A stretch of 64,000 nt of DNA, from positions 87,668,001-87,732,000 of the forward strand of contig OZ024745.1 of NCBI GenBank assembly GCA_964016885.1, in the 5' to 3' direction. This document shows, piece after piece, positions 15,001 to 24,969 of the stretch. Under the pieces are notes generated by a model that was given only the letters and a program-made list of their open reading frames with translations, made no database searches and had not been told where the DNA came from. Numbering within the stretch: position 1 is the stretch's first letter; every line of letters begins with the position of its first letter. Source of the stretch: Eledone cirrhosa. Taxonomy: Eukaryota. The position numbers and the translations under genes were made by a program.

Positions 15001-18000
15001 GTAGATGTACATTTTTAACTTAATTGTTTAAGCGTCAGTCATACAAAAGTGAGTTACAAACGAAACGAAATTTAATTTCGTTTCGTTATTTGTTTTTATC
15101 TATCGTCTCCGCTGAACCGGTGCGTACTCACACTCTATGCAAATTAGTGTGCCCACTACTAATTTTCATAGAAAAAGCATATAACGATATGTGCTTTTAC
15201 GATTCTCCAGAAAGGCCGGTAGATAGGTAAATATTGCTGATGAGTTGTAACAACAACGAAACTAGTTCAATATTCCTTGTCTGGCTTTCTTGAGAATAGA
15301 GGAAAGGTGTTTCCTCGAAAACCAGTATGACTCTAAAAACCGGTTTGTCTGTGTGTTTACATACAGAATAGCTGGGTTACTCACAGTAAAGTAATCAGTG
15401 AAAGACTTGTTACATTTACATATGTATACGTGTGTGTATTCATATGCATACTAGTATTTCAGTATGCATATGTAGATGTACATTTTTAACTTAATTGTTT
15501 AAGCGTCAGTCATACAAAAGTGAGTTACAAACGAAACGAAATTTAATTTCGTTTCGTTATTTGTTTTTATCGTCTCCGCTGAACCGGTGCGTACTCACAC
15601 TCTATGCAAATTAGTCTGCCCACTACTAATTTTCATAGAAAAAGCATATAACGATATGTGCTTTTACGATTCTCCAGAAAGGCCGGTAGATAGGTAAATA
15701 TTGCTGATGAGTTGTAACAACAACGAAACTAGTTCAATATTCCTTGTCTGGCTTTCTGGTGAATAGAGGAAAGGTGTTTCCTCGAAAACCAGTATGACTC
15801 TAAAAACCGGTTTGTCTGTGTGTTTACATACAGAATAGCTGGGTTACTCACAGTAAAGTAACCAGTGAAAGACTTGTTACATCTACATATGTATACGTGT
15901 GTGTATTCATATGCATACTAGTATTTCAGTATGCATATGTAGATGTACATTTTTAACTTAATTGTTTAAGCGTCAGTCATACAAAAGTGAGTTACAAACG
16001 AAACGAAATTTAATTTCGTTTCGTTATTTGTTTTTATCGTCTCCGCTGAACCGGTGCGTACTCACACTCTATGCAAATTAGTCTGCCCACTACTAATTTT
16101 CATAGAAAAAGCATATAACGATATGTGCTTTTACGATTCTCCAGAAAGGCCTGTAGATAGGTAAATATTGCTGATGAGTTGTAACAACAACGAAACTAGT
16201 TCAATATTCCTTGTCTGGCTTTCTGGAGAATAGAGGAAAGGTGTTTCCTCGAAAACCAGTATGACTCTAAAAACCGGTTTCTCTGTGTGTTTACATACAG
16301 AATAGCTGGGTTACTCACAGTAAAGTAATCAGTGAAAGACTTGTTACATCTACATATGTATACGTGTGTGTATTCATATGCATACTAGTATTTCAGTATG
16401 CATATGTAGATGTACATTTTTAACTTAATTGTTTAAGCGTCAGTCATACAAAAGTGAGTTACAAACGAAACGAAATTTAATTTCGTTTCGTTATTTGTTT
16501 TTATCGTCTCCGCTGAACCGGTGCGTACTCACACTCTATGCAAATTAGTCTGCCCACTACTAATTTTCATAGAAAAAGCATATAACGATATGTGCTTTTA
16601 CGATTCTCCAGAAAGGCCGGTAGATAGGTAAATATTGCTGATGAGTTGTAACAACAACGAAACTAGTTCAATATTCCTTGTCTGGCTTTCTGGAGAATAG
16701 AGGAAAGGTGTTTCCTCGAAAACCAGTATGACTCTAAAAACCGGTTTCTCTGTGTGTTTACATACAGAATAGCTGGGTTACTCACAGTAAAGTAATCAGT
16801 GAAAGACTTGTTACATCTACATATGTATACGTGTGTGTATTCATATGCATACTAGTATTTCAGTATGCATATGTAGATGTACATTTTTAACTTAATTGTT
16901 TAAGCGTCAGTCATACAAAAGTGAGTTACAAACGAAACGAAATTGAATTTCGTTTCGTTATTTGTTTTTATCGTCTCCGCTGAACCGGTGCGTACTCACA
17001 CTCTATGCAAATTAGTCTGCCCACTACTAATTTTCATAGAAAAAGCATATAACGATATGTGCTTTTACGATTCTCCAGAAAGGCCGGTAGATAGGTAAAT
17101 ATTGCTGATGAGTTGTAACAACAACGAAACTAGTTCAATATTCCTTGTCTGGCTTTCTGGAGAATAGAGGAAAGGTGTTTCCTCGAAAACCAGTATGACT
17201 CTAAAAACCGGTTTGTCTGTGTGTTTACATACAGAATAGCTGGGTTACTCACAGTAAAGTAATCAGTGAAAAACTTGTTACATCTACATATGTATACGTG
17301 TGTGTATTCATATGCATACTAGTATTTCAGTATGCATATGTAGATGTACATTTTTAACTTAATTGTTTAAGCGTCAGTCATACAAAAGTGAGTTACGAAC
17401 GAAACGAAATTTAATTTCGTTTCGTTATTTGTTTTTATCTATCGTCTCCGCTGAACCGGTGCGTACTCACACTCTATGCAAATTAGTCTGCCCACTACTA
17501 ATTTTCATAGAAAAAGCATATAACGATATGTGCTTTTACGATTCTCCAGAAAGGCCGGTAGATAGGTAAATATTGCTGATGAGTTGTAACAACAACGAAA
17601 CTAGTTCAATATTCCTTGTCTGGCTTTCTGGAGAATAGAGGAAAGGTGTTTCCTCGAAAACCAGTATGACTCTAAAAACCGGTTTGTCTGTGTGTTTACA
17701 TACAGAATAGCTGGGTTACTCACAGTAAAGTAACCAGTGAAAGACTTGTTACATCTACATATGTATACGTGTGTGTATTCATATGCATACTAGTATTTCA
17801 GTATGCATATGTAGATGTACATTTTTAACTTAATTGTTTAAGCGTCAGTCATACAAAAGTGAGTTACAAACGAAACGAAATTTAATTTCGTTTCGTTATT
17901 TGTTTTTATCGTCTCCGCTGAACCGGTGCGTACTCACACTCTATGCAAATTAGTCTGCCCACTACTAATTTTCATAGAAAAAGCATATAACGATATATGC

Positions 18001-18369
18001 TTTTACGATTCTCCAGAAAGGCCTGTAGATATGTAAATATTGCTGATGAGTTGTAACAACAACGAAACTAGTTCAATATTCCTTGTCTGGCTTTCTGGAG
18101 AATAGAGGAAAGGTGTTTCCTCGAAAACCAGTATGACTCTAATAACCGGTTTGTCTGTGTGTTTACATACAGAATAGCTGGGTTACTCACAGTAAAGTAA
18201 TCAGTGAAAGACTTGTTACATCTACATATGTATACGTGTGTGTATTCATATGCATACTAGTATTTCAGTATGCATATGTAGATGTACATTTTTAACTTAA
18301 TTGTTTAAGCGTCAGTCATACAAAAGTGAGTTACAAACGAAACGAAATTTAATTTCGTTTCGTTATTTG

Positions 18370-18375
<6 letters not shown>
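1..18375 (+). repeat. Tandem satellite, 467-bp unit (471-bp variant with a TATC duplication), about 39 copies, each with a hammerhead ribozyme; runs off the window start
   Basis: atacgtgtgtgtattcatatg recurs at 1, 468, 939 and onward. Copies differ at only a few positions. The array ends at ...ttatttgtttttat, directly before (TA)n. Confidence 0.98.
272..316 (+). ncRNA. Minimal type I hammerhead ribozyme, first of 39 copies (last core at about 18043)
   Basis: Stem I AATATTG 272-278 / CAATATT 310-316; core CTGATGA 279-285; stem II GTTGT-aaca-ACAAC 286-299; GAAA 300-303; palindromic stem III AACTAGTT; predicted cleavage after GUU at 309. Confidence 0.9.

Positions 18376-18439
<64 letters not shown>
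18374..18439. repeat. (TA)n microsatellite capping the satellite array; many further (TA)n, (CA)n and (GA)n tracts occur through the window
   Basis: Read directly from the sequence. Confidence 0.95.
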
Positions 18440-18440
<1 letters not shown>

Positions 18441-18743
18441 TAATAATAATACATTTGAAGACTAAAATCCAAAGAGGGCTCGATAAGGATAAATATATAT
18501 CAAATATGAGAACCGTAGAGCAAATATTTATTAAAATAACAGATTAAAGTTTAAACAAAGAATCGCTGCTTTCACCCTTAACGGGATGTTCTGAAGATCC
18601 CGTTAAGGGTGAAAGCACCGATTCTTTGTTTAAACTTTAATCTGTTATTTTAATAAATATTTGCTCTACGGTTCTCATATGTGATATATATTTATCCTTA
18701 TCGAGCCCTCTTTGGATTTTAGTCTTCAAATTTATTATTATTA
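18441..18743. repeat. Near-perfect fold-back palindrome (about 147-bp arms, about 9-nt loop) with a hammerhead-like CTGAAGA...GAAA at its centre
   Basis: tttgaagactaaaatccaaagagggctcg...cacccttaacgggat pairs with atcccgttaagggtg...cgagccctctttggattttagtcttcaaa. The same family appears at about 37425-37467 and 48130-48200. Confidence 0.9.
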
Positions 18744-18780
18744 CTATATATATATGTATATATATATGTATGTATATATG

Positions 18781-19447
18781 TATATATATATAAACCTGAA
18801 CATTCCCGTATGCATGTGTTTATGTATGTCGACCTTTTTTAACGAGGGCTCATATACTCTAAACCATTCATGCGATTTCTTTGAATTTTTTTACAGAGCT
18901 TCTTTTTGCACAGAACCTGTACATGGGCTTTCAAAAATCGATATTGGGGCCCTTGGAGACATTAAAAAAAGTTTCGTTTTTTTGTGTGGATTTTCGTGAT
19001 TAACTAAAACAAGAGTTATCTTTCCTAATCAAGATTTATCTTTCGTAATTAGCCTCATTCGGGTTTTAATTTAATCTTTCTACTTGAAACAAAGATAATA
19101 ACAATATGATTTCGTATATTTCATAACCACCAATTTCTAACAGAATACTAAGTTAAAAGCTTGATGTCCATATTAACTGATCTCAACTTTTATCATAACT
19201 TTTACAATATTATGCTTAAATTTATCTAAAGGATTGTTTATACATCAAAAATTACAATTATTCTATTTTTTCGCATTGATTAGACTCCGTCTCTGACACA
19301 TATTAATGATTTCGCTGGAATAGTGCCTAAGGTTATCATGTTTACATAAAGTACGTTTTTCTTCTATGTATTCAAATTTACTTTGTTTAGTTTAATGGGC
19401 TACATCAAAAGCTACTTGAACCGTCCAAAGGACGGGTAGTTTAGCTA

Positions 19448-19448
<1 letters not shown>
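18781..19448 (+). mobile_element. Probable non-autonomous Helitron
   Basis: 3' hairpin ccgtcc-aaa-ggacgg (19421-19435), then CTAG at 19445-19448 followed by T. The 5' part has a TA-rich start, a GT-rich tract and aaaccattcatgcgatttctttgaattttt, resembling small invertebrate Helitrons. The 5' TC is not resolvable. Confidence 0.6.
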
Positions 19449-19484
<36 letters not shown>

Positions 19485-19575
19485 CAAAGATTAGTATAGT
19501 TCGTTGATTACTCAACGAATACAATATTACAATAGATTAGAAGCACTCAACAGTGGATTTTCCTGGAGTTTTTAA

Positions 19576-19948
19576 TATTATTCAAAATGTTAACAAACGA
19601 AAAATATTCTCATAATCATAATATATATTTTATTATACATATTTCAAAGGTACTATGGTGTTTCACTACGTTTTCATCAGACAAAATATATGATTCGATG
19701 TGTGGCATACCGCTACGGTTTTGATTATTCAATTACAATAAAGGCAGTATTGGCGGTTTTGATTATTCAATTCCAGTATTGCCAATACTGGAATTGAATA
19801 ATCAAAACCGTATCGGTATGTCACACATCAAATCATATATCTTGTCTAAGGAATGTACTTAAACACCATAGTACCTTTGAAGTATCTATAATAAAATATA
19901 CATTTTGATTATGAGAATATTTTTCATTTGTTAACATTATGAATAATA
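19576..19948. repeat. Fold-back of a PLE terminal (pLTR) segment
   Basis: Arms tattattcaaaatgttaac... and ...gttaacattatgaataata; centre cagtattg-c-caatactg at about 19782. Homologous to 43480-43630 and 48975-49100. Confidence 0.85.
19626..19688 (-). ncRNA. Type I hammerhead motif (PLE-associated)
   Basis: Minus strand: tattttgt CTGATGA aaacgtagt..atagtaccttt GAAA tatgta TA / ataaaata. Confidence 0.7.
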
Positions 19949-19972
19949 TATATATATATATATATATTCATA

Positions 19973-20009
<37 letters not shown>

Positions 20010-20076
20010 GTGAGGTTTTTTTTACAAAATGAAAAATAACCGAGGTGTCCTACACGAGTGAAAGTATAAAGAAAAA

Positions 20077-20115
20077 GAGATGGAGGGTCTGTGGTTACCA
20101 CAGACCCTCCATCTC
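20077..20115. repeat. Perfect GC-rich hairpin, 18-bp arms
   Basis: gagatggagggtctgtgg-tta-ccacagaccctccatctc. Confidence 0.9.
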
Positions 20116-21125
20116 AACTCACCTTTTGAAAAGCAGAATAACTGCGAAACCGGTAAAGGAAAGGAACCAAATAAATATATATATTTTAAAAAAAAATAAG
20201 ACTCCAGTTGCATTTTCGATTTCATCTCTTTTTCTTTATATATATATATATTAGGTTATGCAAGATATGGTTAGGATTATCCTGAATGCAGTAATGGTTA
20301 ATTAGTACACTAGATAGAGTTGACGTGCGGTGAGTGTTTACTCAACGAGTTATGGAAGAATAGTTGATGAAACTCGGTTTCTGATCCTTCTGTATTCCGG
20401 AGTGTAGATAAAGAATGAATAATAACAGGTAGACATCATAAAAAGGTAATTTATTCCGAGTGCTTACAAATGTTTCAACAGTAGTCATACAGACTTGTCA
20501 TGCTATAAGCAAATTCGTAATTATTTGTAATTATTTGCAGCAACTCAATTTTCAAATGCTGCTTCTACCGTTTCCTCGGAGCAGAATGGTTAAAATGTGT
20601 ATACCCTTGTTTTTCTTAAAGGAAGTTATTGGGAAGATAGAGTAGAAAAGGAAGAGAGAAAGAAGGGGAGATAGATAGATAGATAGAGAGAGATAGATAT
20701 GTTTCTTTTATTTGCCACCAGGGCATCAAAAGTGGGACAAGTACAATGGGGGGAGTTTACAAAACAAGGTGTCCTTAATAAAGAGGAGGCAATAACTATA
20801 TAAAAATAAAATAAAATATAACAAAAAATAAAATTTATAACAAAGTCCTCAATAGAGAGGAGGCGCCTTGGGGGGTCGCAGACACCCCCGAAAAAAGTGT
20901 GCAACCCTTCTCCTCAGGAGCACAGAGAAGGGGTGCTCCTTGGTCTTTCATCTTCCTCACCTATAGTCTGATGTAGAGTGAAGACCCATTCACACGGGCC
21001 ATTCTCGCCACTTTCACCCATCTTTCATAGAAACGGCTGGGATACAACACCTCTCTCTCCATCCTGATCCTTCTTCCGAAATGATATCGGAAGAAACGGA
21101 CCAGTTGTTGGCCAGAGAGAAAGGT

Positions 21126-21200
<75 letters not shown>

Positions 21201-21639
21201 TATGTAGGGATTGGAGAAATGGGAGAGAGTGGTTTGAAGAATACAGATAGCTTAATCAAAATGTTGTGGTAGGGGTTTTATTATATTGTTTATTCTCAAA
21301 GTGACAACCTTAGGCTTTGTGTTGATATAGTCATGTTTGGAATTATTTATTGCCACAGAGAGCAGGTTCATAGATGTGGAGAAGGAGGGAGGTAGACCGA
21401 GGGCGAGAGAGAGTGAGAGAAAGAGAGAGACAGAGAGCGGGGGAAGGGAGAGAGTAAAAGAAAGAGAGATAGAGAGGAGGTAGACGAAAGCTATGGGGGT
21501 ACATCAAGTTCATAGTTGTAGTCTTACAAATCGCACTCAAGTATTCATTTATAATGATAAGCAGAGTATTGTCTTGTAGTGTGAGTGTAGGGGATATAGT
21601 TAGGAAGTAGTAATTAGTTAGCGAGAAAGCGATGTTGTA

Positions 21640-22465
21640 GTCTCGGGTTCGAATGTTAAGTTATTTTATAGTGAGAGAATTTAGCCTTCAGTTTGTGGTT
21701 GCAGTATAACGATCGTTAGATTCTGTCATTTAGTAATTTGTTTTTGGATTTTAAGATATAAAAGAGTTCAAGGTTGCATAATCTGCAGTACTTCAATCCA
21801 TTCCGATATGCACTAGCGCTGGATAGTTTATCCCATTTCAAGGTGAACTGCCGGTTGCATTCACGGAGTTGCTAGGTCTTATTGCCGAGCGTAGTCATAA
21901 GACGGTGCTTAGGATGTTTAATCGAAAATCGATGACGATACCAGCGAGATTTAAAGGAGGTAGTGGTAGACCCGATGTAATACCATTTCTGATCTTTCGA
22001 TTCGACAGTGCATTGATAAACAATGTTGGACTCTAGGCATTTATTCTTCAATGGGCATCTATCGGGTAGGTGGCAGTTGCAGTATTTGTTGTGGGTAGCA
22101 GGTATACCATGGATGTGTTGGGATAACAGTTCAATTTCTTTATGTATGCTTCAAGGTTTGGTGCAGTGGAGTATGATAGCTTAATTGTCTTAGAGTTTAG
22201 AATCTTACTGTATTTATGGGAACTAGGGAAATGCTTGTTAATTAACTTAAAGAATGCAAGAGATAGTCTTGTACTAATCGAAGCATTAAAAATGGGATTA
22301 TTCCAGATATACTTTCTACAACGTAATTTATTTGCGTTTGGTGATGATTTTCCAATACTAGTATGTCTGGTGGTACTGCGTGTGTGCGCTTGTCTTTCTG
22401 TACCCCGGTTACATATTCTTTTATTTCGTGTGTAGCTATGTGTGTTATGGAGATTCTTATCAATG
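21640..22465 (-). pseudogene. Penelope-like element 3' fragment (linker + GIY-YIG endonuclease), degraded
   Basis: Minus-strand translation CNCHLPDRCPLKNKCLESNIVYQCTVESKDQKWYYIGSTTTSFKSRW with stops. Closely similar to 52135-52570. Confidence 0.85.
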
Positions 22466-22469
22466 TATT

Positions 22470-23190
22470 CTATTTTATCCTGGTACTCCCCCCCCCATTC
22501 TCATTAAGCCTTAAAACACCTTTAGCAAAGCTATTCTTTAAAGCACTAGATAAATGTTTTCCTAAAGCCCACAGATACCACTCTATTTTTAACAGGCATA
22601 CTATAAAACTATCCTACTCTACTACTATGAACATAGCACAAAATATAAATAGAATTAATAATAGAAATTTGAACCCTAACCAAAATAACCATAATAGCAA
22701 TAATAATATTTCTAGCAATATCCAACATAATAGTACCGTTCCGAGCAACAACAACTCCATAAAATGTAACTGTAGAATCAAATCAAAGTGCCCTTTACAA
22801 AATAATTGTTTAGATAAAAACGTAGTTTATAAATGCACAGTTAAAACTAGAAATAAAATATTTAACTATGTGGGTGCCACTTCTAAAAATTTAAAGAACG
22901 CTGGAATAACCATAATCATACTTTTAAAAGATCTGATAAAAAATCTTCTACTTCACTTTCGCATCTTATATGGAACTTAAAAAGGCAAGAATATAGACTA
23001 TTCAATATCTTGGAAAACGAATTCGAAAGCACCTGCATACCGAAATATGGCTTTATCAAGATTCTCTAAATTGTGTTCGAAGAAATATTTTATATAATTA
23101 ACTGTGAAAACTCCATCAATCTCAGGACAGAGTTATTTTCTTATTGCAGACATCGCCAAAATTCCACTTTCAGAACCATGTTTAATTTAT
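22470..23190 (+). pseudogene. Penelope-like element 3' fragment (GIY-YIG), frameshifted
   Basis: PPPFSLSLKTPLAKLFFKALDKCFP..HSIFNRHTIKLSYS..KCNCRIKSKCPLQNNCL..VVYKCTV..NYVGATS; close relative of the 45137-47026 ORF. Confidence 0.9.
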
Positions 23191-23800
23191 AATATTCCTA
23201 TAATCCTTCAAAATGATCCTATCCTCCTTAACAATTTAAAATTATTCATATTTTTAATATTTTATTATTTCTAAATGTGAATATATTTAATATTTGTAAT
23301 ACTTTTACCTTTCAGCAAAAAATTTAATTTAATATATATATATTAAAAGAAATTTTGGGTTAGAACGAAAGCCTTTTGAGAAAGTAAATTCCTCTGTTCG
23401 ATCTTCCAGAAACCTAACTTGTATACACCACAAGCGGATTTTGTTGATTTCGGATTTACAGAAACCTCAGTTGGATATTCAGTAATTTCCAAGTTGCGGT
23501 CCAGGTATGTTATATATACAGATATGTGCATATATGTATGTATGTATGCATGTATGTATATTTTGATATGTATATATATATGTGTGTGTATGTGTGTGTG
23601 TGTGTATTTCCTTTTCTCACTAGTCAGTTCTTTCGTTGCTACAGATCACGCGGCTAAATTAGCGGTCGCTATTTTCAATTTGCAAAGCCCTTTAAACTGT
23701 ATGTTATTACTCTGAGGTTTATTCCTTGTCGAGTGCTTGGCTCCATTGCTGAAGGCATTCGTTGGCTTGGCTGCTGATCGAACTTCGAATATGCTGTACT

Positions 23801-23889
<89 letters not shown>

Positions 23890-24693
23890 ATGCATATATT
23901 TTAATTTTTAAGTTTTAATTTCTAATATTTAATTCTTACATTATTATTTTTCTAATGAGACCCTCTAAAGATATATTTTTTAGATGTAGATTGGTAATCA
24001 TAACCTGACATTTTAAAAATGTATCCTCTTCACGACAGTTTCTTAGATAAGCACATTCCGTATCTCCTCTTTGATTTTCAAACATTCACACATCTTTTGA
24101 CTAAAATAATCAATCACTCAGTCTTCAAATTTATCGATTAACAAACAAAATTGGAGTTATCTTTCCTGTCTCAATCGTTTAAATTAACAATATTATGAAA
24201 ACATTTTCAATGCTGAACAAAATATCCAAATCTATAAATTGTTCTCATCTCATAACTTGAAATACCTATTTAAACACAAAATACTCATCCCAAATTTTTT
24301 CCCCAAAATTAACGTAAACATAAGGTCTTCTTTTCTTTTTTCGTTTCTCCTTTTCTTTTTCTCTTTTTCTTCCTTTGCTTTCTTTCCTACTAATACAAAC
24401 ACATATCTAAATTCTCCGAAGCGACTAAAATAACGTTTATTTTCAAACATTTACCTCAACCTCATTTACATATTCATTTGCATACTCATCTTAACAATTT
24501 CGAAAAAACTGTCTCTAAGTCCACTATCCAAGAAAAATTTCAACCTCTATGGTATGTTCCATGGCTATGTCAAAATTTATAAAACATACTTTGTATTCTA
24601 TCTGATGAAAGCGTACCAAACTTTTTGGTACCCTTGACATTTTCTTTTTATTTAATATCATTGTATATATAAATATATTCATATATATATATA

Positions 24694-24761
<68 letters not shown>

Positions 24762-24811
24762 TATATATATATATTCATATATATATTCATATATATATAT
24801 TCATATGTATA

Positions 24812-24870
<59 letters not shown>

Positions 24871-24969
24871 CCAGGGAGTCTAACTTGGAGTTACTTTAGG
24901 TTCACCCGAGTGAGCACTCGATGTTTAGGTTCACTTCAGTGTTGAGGTGTAGAGCTATACAGAGTGTAT

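Noticed and set aside
272-18080. Purifying selection on the hammerhead inferred from within-array conservation
   Set aside because: Monomers are about 99% identical overall, so an invariant 45-nt core is expected by chance. Only the diverged homologues are informative.
1-18375. CRISPR array or rDNA/5S/snRNA tandem cluster
   Set aside because: No unique spacers or cas genes, eukaryotic context, and no rRNA, snRNA or tRNA sequence recognised in the unit.
23595-23805. Possible host exon in unique-looking sequence
   Set aside because: No recognisable protein motif or convincing splice context.
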